This document shows, piece after piece, positions 8,941 through 20,699 of a stretch of DNA of 64,000 bases; the stretch's first letter is position 1, and each line of letters opens with the position of its first letter. Source of the stretch: Macrostomum hystrix (Eukaryota > Animalia > Platyhelminthes); the NCBI GenBank assembly GCA_950097015.1, contig CATNEN010000007.1:2232001-2296000 (forward strand). Direction: 5' to 3'. The notes beneath the pieces were generated by a model that saw only the letters and a program-made list of their open reading frames with translations, was not told the DNA's origin and did no database searches. Both the position numbers and the translations under genes were made by a program.

Positions 8941-11900
8941 GTGTGCTATGATTTATGATATTTTATTTACGAAATGAAAAAAATAAATTAAAATAGTCTT
9001 CAATCACTACTGGCTGAAAATTAGTCTAAAATGATTTGACGCAGTGCAGAATCGAACCCTAGCCTAGCCTATAACCTATTCCTAGTGCCTACACATCGGC
9101 TATTCCGACTGTTTGTTAGTGGGTGCAAAAATCAGCCTTATAAAATGAATTCTCAAAGTTCTGGCTTTGTACAATGAAGTGAGAAAATAGAGTACACTCA
9201 GTCTCGCGGTTGGTTGTGTACATTTATTTCAAATTTGTCTCCAGAGTGCAGGCTTTAAATTCAATCAGCTAGGGGTTGTTGCGCAATTTGACGATGCAAT
9301 TCTAATTCAGTGGCAGTCAGTGAATGAAATTCTCAATAGGCCAAGATAGTTTGACCTTTGAAATGTAGGATTAATATATCGCCGCTGAGTGCTGAGACCG
9401 TTAAAGTTCAAAGCGGCGATATATTAGTTGCATTGTAATATGCAAGCTGGGCCATAGACACTTTAACGTTAGTAAACTTGTTAACGTTGCATGCTTCATC
9501 TGTTCCACTTTTGAAATAAACTGTTTTTGTGCTTGTAGCGTTAGACGCACGCTAAATGCGTTACACGCATGATGAAAACGCTTAGCGCGGTTGAGTTTCT
9601 ACCATAGACTACTTGCGTTACACGCACGCTGTCTAACGTTTAATGCACCGCATTGCGTGTTACAATGGTCAAAAAACATGTTTTTCGAATATTTAATCCC
9701 ATTAGCAATAAAGTTAAGCTTAATAATAATACGTGTAAAATTGTCCCCATATTTGGCATCTTTTGGTGAAGAAATGGTGAAAATCGGTTGAGCCGCTCGG
9801 GAGAAAATCAATTACAAGCAACCAACCAAGCAAGCAAGCAAGCATTTCATTTTTAGTATAGTGGAGGACAACTGCAAGTCATTTTTTAGATAGCTAGGCC
9901 TATACAAAGTTCAACATACCGGCATACACTAGGCCTATAAATTACACATTTGAAACATTTAAGCAGTCTATACTTCATCCTATTATAGCATAGCTATCGC
10001 TATGCTAGGCTTGTTAATTCTTTGTTAAAATGTTTAAAATTATAAAAATAAGCTCTTGGCTTTTTGTAGCTATTTTTATCTTATATTAGTATATTATATT
10101 TAAGCTTCTATATATTATATATTCTTTTTTACTGCTTACATTACACTAATACTAAACTTAAGTCATACTAGTAAGATTGGTGGGGCATGTAGACACTAGA
10201 ACTAGAATATTCTGTTCTAGAAGTATGATTTTTGCAATGCAGCTAAGGGTAGCTAAAGCATTTCCAAAACATTTCAAGCCATGAATCCCTTGATTCAGAC
10301 TAGCCATGATTCAGACTCCGGTTGACTATGATTCAGACTCCGGTTGACTATGATTCAAACTCTGGTTTAGCCATGATTCTAACGCTGGTTTAGCCATGAT
10401 TCAAACTCTGGTTTAGCCATGATTTAAGCTCTGGTTTAGCCATGATTCAAGCTCTGGTTTAGCCATGATTCAAACTCTGGTTTAGCCATGATTCAAACTC
10501 TGGTTTAGCAATGATTCAAACTCTGGTTTAGCCATGATTCAGACTCTGGTTTAACCATGATTCAAACTCTGGTTAGCGATGATTCAAACTCTGGTTTGCC
10601 ATGATTTAAGCTCTGGTTTAGCCATGATTCAAACTCTGGTTTAGCCATGATTCAAACTCTGGTTTAGCCATGATTCAAACTCTGGTTTAGCCATGATTCA
10701 AACTCTGGTTTAGCCACGATTCAGACTCAGGTTTAGCCATGATTCAAACTCTGGTTTAGCCATGATTTAAACTCTGGTTTAGCTATGATTCGGACTCTGG
10801 TTTAGCCATGATTCAAACTCTGGTTTAGCCATGATTCAGACTCTGGTTTAGCCATGATTCAAACTCAGGTTTAGCCATGATTCAGACACTGGTTTAGCCA
10901 TGATTCAAACTCTGGTTTAGCCATGATTCAAACTCTGGTTTAGCCATGATTCAAACTCTGGTTTAGCCATGATTCAAACTCTGGTTTAGCCATGATTCAA
11001 ACTCTGGTTTAGCCATGATTCAAACTCTGGTTTAGCCACGATTCAGACTCTGGTTTAGCCATGATTCAAACTCAGGTTTAGCCATGATTCAGACGCTGGT
11101 TTAGCCATGATTCAAACTCTGGTTTAGCCTTGATTGAAACTCTGGTTTAGCCATGATTCAAACTCTGGTTTAGCCACGATTCAGACCCTGGTTTAGCCAT
11201 GATTCAAACTCTGGTTTAGCCATGATTCAAACTCTGGTTTAGCCATGATTTAAACTCTGGTTTAGCCATGATTCGGACTCTGGTTTAGCCATGATTCAAA
11301 CTCTGGTTTAGCCATGATTCAGACTCTGGTTTAGCCATGATTGAAACTCAGGTTTAGCCATGATTCAGACGCTGGTTTAGCCATGATTCAAACTCTGGTT
11401 TAGCCATGATTCAAACTCTGGTTTAGCCATGATTCAGACTCTGGTTTAGCTATGATTCAAACTCTGGTTTAGCCATGATTCAAACTCTGGTTTAGCCATG
11501 ATGAAAACTCTGGTTTAGCCACGATTCAAACTCTGGTTTAGCCGGTGTGCTATGATTTATGATATTTTATTTATGAAATGAAAAAAATAAATTAAAAAAA
11601 TCTTCAATGACTACTGGCTGAAAATTAGTCTAAATGATTTGACGCAGTGCAGAATCGAACCCTAGCCTAGCCTAACCTATTCCTAGTGCCTACACATCGG
11701 CTATTCCGACTGTTGGTTAGTGGGTGCAGAAATCAGCCTTATAAAATGAATTCTCAAAGTTCTGGCTTTGTACAATGAAGTAAGAAAATAGAGTACACTC
11801 AGTCTCGCGGTTGGTTGTGTACATTTATTTCAAATTTGTCTCCAGAGTGCAGGCTTCTAACTCAGTCAGCGAGGGGGTGTTGCGCAATTTGACGATTCAA

Positions 11901-12569
11901 TTCCAATTCAGCGGCAGTGAGTAAAATTCTCAATAGGCCAAGATGGTTTGACCTTTAAAAAAATCATGTTTTTTTCGAATATTTAATCCCCTTAGCAATA
12001 AAGTTCAGCTTAATAATAATACGTGTAAAATTGTCCCCATATTTAGCATCTTTTGGTGAAGAAATGGTGAAAATCGGTTGAGCCGCTCGGGAGAAAATCA
12101 ATTACAAGCAACCAACCAAGCAAGCAAGCAAGCATTTCATTTTTAGTATAGTGGAGGACAACTGCAAGTCATTTTTTAGATAGCTAGGCCTATACAAAGT
12201 TCAACATACCGGCATACACTAGGCCTATAAATTACACATTTGAAACATTTAAGCAGTCTATACTTCATCCTATTATAGCATAGCTATCGCTATGCTAGGC
12301 TTGTTAATTCTTTGTTAAAATGTTTAAAATTATAAAAATAAGCTCTTGGCTTTTTGTAGCTATTTTTATCTTATATTAGTATATTATATTTAAGCTTCTA
12401 TATATTATATATTCTTTTTTACTGCTTACATTACACTAATACTAAACTTAAGTCATACTAGTAAGATTGGTGGGGCATGTAGACACTAGAACTAGAATAT
12501 TCTGTTCTAGAAGTATGATTTTTGCAATGCAGCTAAGGGTAGCTAAAGCATTTCTAAAACATTTCAAGC
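8941..12569. repeat. Local tandem duplication: 8941-10279 is repeated at 11545-12569
   Basis: Near-identical unique sequence follows each 23-bp array. Copy 2 lacks about 310 bp (9361-9670). Both copies contain an (AAGC)n microsatellite. Confidence 0.9.
10278..11543. repeat. 23-bp minisatellite, array 2
   Basis: Same unit as array 1. Confidence 0.95.
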
Positions 12570-14491
12570 ATACTTACAATACTTATTGCTTTGTTGGTAG
12601 GGCCTATATGTGTACCATTTATATATTTAGTTGTTTCTATATTATTTATTCAGCATACTCATTTTTACTAAGGCTTTGTGATACTTTCAGTACAATCCAT
12701 GTGTTTATTACTACAAAATATCCTAGGGAAAGGATTGAATTGGGGCTTGCACTCTGTATCAATTCTTGCTCTCTAGGCTGCAAATACATTTGGCAACATC
12801 TCAATTGCTATAGTCAACCCTGGTCTCCAGAATCTGTCATCTGCATTGTCCACTGATCAGGTCACAGGTTGTGGCTGTACATTTTACTTAATTGCAGGGG
12901 GACCTAGGGCACTTGATGCACAAGTGCAGGAATGGCATGCCCCCAGGCCAGCAAACTAGGTGGGAGTTGCCCATTGCGCCATCTGGACCCCTGGACTCAG
13001 GTAGGCCTACCTCATACACAGCAGCAAGCCAAGTGGGGAAAGGGGTAGCAGTCAGAGTACCTCTCACCCTAGGCCCACACATGCACAGAGCAGACTGTAA
13101 CGATGTCACTATTTTTTTTGTTAACTTCATCTTTCTTAGAAATCTGGCGTGAACTTAAATATAATTTGAAAGGATGGTTTGTGGTGTAAGAGCGAGCGTC
13201 GGAGCGGAATATAACTACAGTCTAAGGAGTACAGACATTTAAAACAATTAAGACATTTTAATTAGCTGGAGACTAACCACATTGGAGTCGAGAACGAGTA
13301 ACTGGGACCCTGGCGCTGCCGCTGACAAGCCATGGTTGACTTTAAGAAATCGTTATTGGTCTTGCATAATTTCTTCTGACTTCTGGGAAAACTCATCTGC
13401 ACACGGACTCTAGTTCGTCACAAGACCAAACCAGGGGAGGACTTGGATGCCTGAAGGGTAGGGATAATAGTAGACCTATTATAGTGGGTATATATAATAT
13501 ATATAATAATAGTATATTAGTATAGTATATTATTATTATAATAGTATAATTATAATATACATAATAGTATCTATTATACCTAGATAATAGTAGGGATAAT
13601 AGTGCACACCTGCCCTACCCCTATACAATGCATCACACCCAGCCCAATGCACAAATGCAAACACAAACAAGCAGGCATGCAGAAAGCAGGGGTTAAGCTA
13701 TTTCAAATTAGCTTTGGTTGCACAGAATAACGTGCATCTCTTCAAGTCACCACTTTGCAAACCTCCAACCAAGCCCCAAAATAATTGTGACTTGGAAAAA
13801 AGAATGAACCAGCAACCATTGGAAAGTGAGGCACCAACACTAGCTGCTGACCCACTCACCCTCTTGTGGCCGCACACCTCTGAAGTCAAATATTGGCAAT
13901 GTATCAGCTCATTTGCCTTTTGTCTAGCTGCTGTTGAGCCAATCTGCATGTGCCCCAAATTGATCTGGGAACACAATCATCATGAAGATAGTAGAACCAA
14001 GCACTGGGTTGTGTAAAGGGTAACGGAAATTGTCTTTGACTTTGAGAAACAAAATGGGCAGATCTGATTGATGCAGTTTTTGTGTGATAATGGCATTCTA
14101 AAATCACATGGGGAAGTCTCAACCAAATAAAATCAAACTAGTGGCAAAGTTAGAAAGAAACTAAAAAACAAACAGTTTGAAATGTTGCAACTCAAAAAAT
14201 GTCAAAACTGATAGTTGACTGAAAACTTGTAAGTTCTGACTTATCAAGACTTAAGAGTTGGATTCAAAGCATGCATGCATGTCTATATAAGAAAGAGCAC
14301 TTAATACTAAATGAAAAAACTTGTTAGATAGTCTTTGTTATTGCCATTGTTAGGCTGTATAGTTAATAGTATGCTGTCTTTGTCATACTAATAAGTTAAT
14401 TTCTTTTAGTTTAATTGCTTTCATGTTCTCTAACATTTTAAAATTATTCAAAGTCCTTTTTCCATTCAACTTTGCAGCTTATAGGCAAAAA

Positions 14492-16374
14492 ATGCTGAAT
14501 CTCACTTTTTTAGTTTTGATTTTGAGCACCTTAGCTACTCAGGCAGTTGCCATGTCATGCGAGGAATATTTCAAGAGTCTGGATAATGGAGTGCTTAGTG
14601 ATTTTGTTGGTTTAAGGTAAGTTAAACCATATATTTAAAAACTATTGAGTTTCTGTTATATAAAACACTTAGTGGTATCCTATGTAAGTTTTGCTCGTGT
14701 AAAACAAACAATGCTAAGGTACAGTAATGAGTTATTACTCGTGGTAGGTATTCTGTTTCTCAGTAATTTTATATTTGTCTCGCCCTCGATATTGTACCTC
14801 AGTGGTTAAGCAGTTCCCCTTTGCTTCAGTTTACCATTTCCCTCTTTCCCTCCCATCCTACCAGAGTTAAGGACTCCACTGGTAAATACGCATTTGGCCT
14901 ATGCACCGATGCTGACTCAAAGCAGTCGCCTGGAGCTGGCGTCATTCAGCTTGGCCAATCAAGCGGACCGATTGCCATCGGTCGTTGGGGCCAGTTCTAC
15001 GCCAACTCTGGCCGCGGCTGGGTTGAGCTGGTCTATAATGGCGGATCCGGCAGTCCTGAGGATATGGCCGACAAACACTGCATAGCCAGCACAACCGGCT
15101 GGTCCGCTCACACCATGCTGGTGTGCGACTCTACTGATCGCAGCGGCAGCTTCCGCTATGTTGGCCGGGTTGCCGGTTTGGGCAATGGAACAGGCTGCTA
15201 CTCGCTATTTGAACTTTTGCACAGGTTAGTTATTGCTTTTAGGCTTGCATCGCCCCTGTCTCATTGAGTCCTTGCATCAGCCCTTAACCCCTGTCTCATT
15301 GAGTCCTTGCATCAGCCCTTAACCCCTGTCTCATTGAGTCCTTGCATCAGCCCTTAACCCCTGTCTCATTGAGTCCTTGCATCAGCCCTTAACCCCTGTC
15401 TCATTGAGTCCTTGCATCAGCCCTTAACCCCTGTCTCATTGAGTCCTTGCATCAGCCCTTAACCCCTGTCTCATTGAGTCTGCATCAGCCCTTAACCCCT
15501 GTCTCATTGAGTCTGCATCAGCCCTTAACCCCTGTCTCATTGAGTCCTTGCATCAGCCCTTAACCCCTGTCTCATTGAGTCTGCATCAGCCCTTAACCCC
15601 TGTCTCATTGAGTCTGCATCAGCCCTTAACCCCTGTCTCATTGAGTCTGCATCAGCCCTTAACCCCTGTCTCATTGAGTCCTTGCATCAGCCCTTAACCC
15701 CTGTCTCATTGAGTCTGCATCAGCCCTTAACCCCTGTCTCATTGAGTCTGCATCAGCCCTTAACCCCTGTCTCATTGAGTCTGCATCAGCCCTTACCCCC
15801 TGTCTCGGGGCAGGGCAGATTCAGTGCAGATGTACACCCCTGTGTCAGCTTATGTCTGTGTACAGTATCCGTTTGCGTGTGTGCTCAAGAGTTAGCGGAA
15901 TGAGCAGAATAGCTTCCTCTCTGGCTGCTGGACTAGTGTCTCATTGAGTCTTTGTATCAGCCCTTAACCATCTATCTCACGGGGCATCTTTATGGGCCAT
16001 TAGTCATGTACACCGGTTCCAACCAGAATCAGACAGTGACCTTCGCCGCTGTTGCCAGGCGGTTGTGCTCCTTGGATAGCTCCCAAGGCGGCCTGCCGGC
16101 ATCGGCCATTGTCCTGATTGTGCTGCTGAGCCTATTTTGTGCCTACTTGCTGTTGGGCGCCGCCGTGCAGCGCTTTGTTTACAATCGCCGCGGCCTTGAG
16201 GCCATGCCGAACTACACGATGTGGCGAAAGCTTGGCGACGCTATGGCGGACGGCTGCGATTTTGTGTGCCGAAGCGGCGGCAGAGGCGGTGGCAGCGGCG
16301 GCGACACTAATGGCCGATATCAACAGGTGGGGGGCCAGACTGAAGAGGACGATGAGCACCTCATCGCTGGCTGA
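14492..16374 (+). CDS. M6PR: Cation-dependent mannose-6-phosphate receptor-like protein (3 exons: 14492-14616, 14865-15224, 16059-16374)
   Basis: Signal peptide MLNLTFLVLILSTLATQAVA. MRH-like domain YAFGLC...GAGVIQ...GR...WVELVYNGG...HC...MLVC...CYSLFE. TM IVLIVLLSLFCAYLLLGAAV. Tail GLEAMPNY..W..L...ADGCDFVCRS...EEDDEHLI, matching CD-MPR tails as I recall them. Both GT-AG introns are phase 2 and keep the frame. Confidence 0.88.
15254..15807. repeat. 33/35-bp intronic minisatellite (CCCCTGTCTCATTGAGTC[CT]TGCATCAGCCCTTAA)n
   Basis: Tandem units within intron 2 of the M6PR-like gene. Confidence 0.95.
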
Positions 16375-16709
16375 GGCTGGGAGCACTCTGCAGCTCGTAT
16401 TTCATTGTCGTTTGGGGTACTGCACCCTGTTTTGATTCTTTCCTAATGTTCGCATTCAAAGAAAGTTTCACTATATCCTAATTTATTCTGAGCCTCTAGT
16501 TTTATGAAGGGCAGGTTGTTTGTTAACTAACTTTATCCCATATTCAGATACTTTTACTTCCACAGCGTTTTTGTGATTCATTTTTTTAATAATTACTGGC
16601 TCGTTCGTTTTTCCTTGGTAAGGTTCACGAAAATAAATATTTAAGGCAATCATTTCCCACATATTGCGATTTCTAGGTAAAATACGCACGTATATTTTTT
16701 CACAAGTTA

Positions 16710-17352
16710 TGATTCTGTAAGCTAATGTCCTACGGGGCTAGATTCTGTGGGTTAATGTCCTACGGGGCTGGATTCTGTAAGCTAATGTCCTACGGTGCTG
16801 GATTCTGTAAGCTAATGTCCTACGGTGCTGGATTCTGTAAGCTAATGTCCTACGGGGCTGGATTCTGTGGGTTAATGTCCTACGGGGCTGGATTCTGTGG
16901 GTTAATGTCCTACGGGGCTGGATTCTGTGGGTTAATGTCCTACGGGGTGGGATTCTGTGGGTTAATGTCCTACGGGGTGGGATTCTGTGATTTAATGTCC
17001 TACGGTGGTGGGATTCTGTGGGTTAATGTCCTACGGGGTGGGATTCTGTGGTTTAATGTCCTACGGGGTGGGATTCTGTGATTTAATGTCCTACGGTGGT
17101 GGGATTCTGTGGGTAATTGTCCTGCGGGGTGGGATTCTGTGGGTAATTGTCCTGCGGGGTGGGATTCTGTGGGTAATTGTCCTGCGGGGTGGCATTCTGT
17201 GGGTAATTGTCCTGCGGGGTGGGATTCTGTGGGTAATTGTCCTACGGGGGTGGGATTCTGTGGGTAATTGTCCTGCGGGGTGGGATTCTGTGGGTAATTG
17301 TCCTGCGGGGTGGGATTCTGTGGGTAATTGTCCTGCGGGGTGGGATTCTGTG
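16710..17352. repeat. ~30-bp minisatellite (GATTCTGTGGGTTAATGTCCTACGGGGCTG-like)
   Basis: Tandem units whose sequence drifts along the array. Confidence 0.93.
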
Positions 17353-18092
17353 CAGTTATCGTACGGATTTGAATTAGGTGGGCCTTATGTCCTATTGGCT
17401 GAGAGTTCTATGGAAGTCATTTCCTGTTGGAGGAGTCTGTATGTTTTATTACATGCTGGAAGGATTTTTTTCGCCTATCCAATGTGTTAATCTATGTAAG
17501 AATCGTTTTACAAAATTCAAAGCCCATTTAGTTTAAACATTTCGGCTCCTTTGGTTCTTTGCTTAACTGGACAAGGCGGTCTATTCCTGTCTTGCTATTT
17601 GTTTTTCGCAAGTAACAAAATGTATGTTTCGCGGCCCGGTGTCGCCAAGTGTGTAACTCCATGCACAAAATGTTGTTGTTGTTAATGATGCCTCCGCGTG
17701 CTTCTCAGTTTCTTATTGTGCTAGACTTTTTCAAACCGCCGTTTAGTAATTTTGTGTCTGTCTTAATTTATTCTGGCATTCTTGGCTTGTAAAACTTCAT
17801 CGCTTTGGTTACATTTTAGATTTGCTCATTTCTAGGCACATATTGCACCGCTGAACAGAGTGCTGCTGCCACTGGTAGCGTGTGTGCATTCTGAGAACTC
17901 GTACATTCTCATATCACCGAGAGACATTTTTCTATTAGTAAATAAATGCTTTTGTTCATAAACGTCTTCTACTTTACAAAGTTGGACAAAGATGCCAAAG
18001 ATATTCATGAATTCCGCTATCTAACTACATTCACTAGTTTGGTCGCTCTTTCTGGTTCTCATTTGCAGAGGCCACTCTCTGCAAATGACCCA

Positions 18093-20590
18093 AGCATAAG
18101 TTTAAAGGGTCACTCTCCCCAAGCATAAGTTTATAGGGTCACTCTCCCCGATCCTCATTTGGAAGTGTCACTTTCCTCGATCCTTACTTGGAAGGGTCAC
18201 TCTCCTTGATCCTTGCTTGGAAGGGTCACTCTCCTCGATCCTTACTTGGAAGGGTCACTTTCCTCGATGCTTACTTGGAAGGGTCACTTTCCCCGATCCT
18301 TACTTGGAAGGGTCACTCTCCTCGATGCTTACTTGGAAGGGTCACTCTCCTTGATCCTTGCTTGGAAGGGTCACTCTCCTAGATCCTTACTTGGAAGGGT
18401 CACTTTCCTCGATGCTTACTTGGAAGGGTCACTCTCCTCGATCCTTACTTGGAAGGGTCACTCTCCTTGATCCTTACTTGGAAGGGTCACTTTCCTCGAT
18501 GCTTACTTGGAAGGGTCACTCTCCTTGATCCTTGCTTGGAAGGGTCACTCTCCTCGATGCTTACTTGGAAGGGTCACTCTCCTTGATGCTTATTAAGAAG
18601 GGTCACTCTCCCCGATCCTTACTTGGAAGGGTCACTCTCCTTGATGCTTATTAAGAAGGGTCACTCTCCCCGATCCTTACTTGGAAGGGTCACTCTCCTT
18701 GATGCTTATTAAGAAGGGTCACTCTCCCCGATCCTTACTTGGAAGGGTCACTCTCCTTGATGCTTATTAAGAAGGGTCACTCTCCCCGATCCTTACTTGG
18801 AAGGGTCACTCTCCTTGATCCTTACTTGGAAGGGTCACTTTCCTCGATGCTTACTTGGAAGGGTCACTCTCCTTGATCCTTGCTTGGAAGGGTCACTCTC
18901 CTCGATGCTTACTTGGAAGGGTCACTCTCCTTGATGCTTATTAAGAAGGGTCACTCTCCCCGATCCTTACTTGGAAGGGTCACTCTCCTTGATGCTTATT
19001 AAGAAGGGTCACTCTCCCCGATCCTTACTTGGAAGGGTCACTCTCCTTGATGCTTATTAAGAAGGGTCACTCTCCCCGATCCTTACTTGGAAGGGTCACT
19101 CTCCTTGATGCTTATTAAGAAGGGTCACTCTCCCCGATCCTTACTTGGAAGGGTCACTCTCCTCGATCCTTACTTGGAAGGGTCACTCTCCTTGATCCTT
19201 ACTTGGAAGGGTCACTTTCCTCGATGCTTACTTGGAAGGGTCACTCTCCTTGATCCTTGCTTGGAAGGGTCACTCTCCTCGATGCTTACTTGGAAGGGTC
19301 ACTCTCCTTGATGCTTATTAAGAAGGGTCACTCTCCCCGATCCTTACTTGGAAGGGTCACTCTCCTTGATGCTTACTTGGAAGGGTCACTCTCCTTGATC
19401 CTTGCTTGGAAGGGTCACTCTCCTAGATCCTTACTTGGAAGGGTCACTTTCCTCGATGCTTACTTGGAAGGGTCACTCTCCTCGATCCTTACTTGGAAGG
19501 GTCACTCTCCTTGATCCTTACTTGGAAGGGTCACTTTCCTCGATGCTTACTTGGAAGGGTCACTCTCCTTGATCCTTGCTTGGAAGGGTCACTCTCCTCG
19601 ATGCTTACTTGGAAGGGTCACTCTCCTTGATGCTTATTAAGAAGGGTCACTCTCCCCGATCCTTACTTGGAAGGGTCACTCTCCTTGATGCTTATTAAGA
19701 AGGGTCACTCTCCCCGATCCTTACTTGGAAGGGTCACTCTCCTTGATGCTTATTAAGAAGGGTCACTCTCCCCGATCCTTACTTGGAAGGGTCACTCTCC
19801 TTGATGCTTATTAAGAAGGGTCACTCTCCCCGATCCTTACTTGGAAGGGTCACTCTCCTTGATCCTTACTTGGAAGGGTCACTTTCCTCGATGCTTACTT
19901 GGAAGGGTCACTCTCCTTGATCCTTGCTTGGAAGGGTCACTCTCCTCGATGCTTACTTGGAAGGGTCACTCTCCTTGATGCTTATTAAGAAGGGTCACTC
20001 TCCCCGATCCTTACTTGGAAGGGTCACTCTCCTTGATGCTTATTAAGAAGGGTCACTCTCCCCGATCCTTACTTGGAAGGGTCACTCTCCTTGATGCTTA
20101 TTAAGAAGGGTCACTCTCCCCGATCCTTACTTGGAAGGGTCACTCTCCTTGATGCTTATTAAGAAGGGTCACTCTCCCCGATCCTTACTTGGAAGGGTCA
20201 CTCTCCTCGATCCTTACTTGGAAGGGTCACTCTCCTTGATCCTTACTTGGAAGGGTCACTTTCCTCGATGCTTACTTGGAAGGGTCACTCTCCTTGATCC
20301 TTGCTTGGAAGGGTCACTCTCCTCGATGCTTACTTGGAAGGGTCACTCTCCTTGATGCTTATTAAGAAGGGTCACTCTCCCCGATCCTTACTTGGAAGGG
20401 TCACTCTCCTTGATGCTTATTAAGAAGGGTCACTCTCCCCGATCCTTACTTGGAAGGGTCACTCTCCTTGATGCTTATTAAGAAGGGTCACTCTCCCCGA
20501 TCCTTACTTGGAAGGGTCACTCTCCTTGATGCTTATTAAGAAGGGTCACTCTCCCCGATCCTTACTTGGAAGGGTCACTCTCCTTGATCC
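18093..20590. repeat. 29-bp minisatellite (AAGGGTCACTCTCCTTGATCCTTACTTGG)n with higher-order structure
   Basis: Tandem units. The diagnostic variant CCTAGATCC recurs at 18381 and 19425 (1044 bp = 36 units), and identical repeat ORFs start at 19087 and 20131. Confidence 0.95.
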
Positions 20591-20699
20591 TTTTTAAAAA
20601 AAACATTTCAGGTGTAGCTACACAAGCATAATATTGGTTCACATGATTGTACTATTGAACTGTTCATTTGCTGTAGTAATTAGTGAAGAACGGACATGT

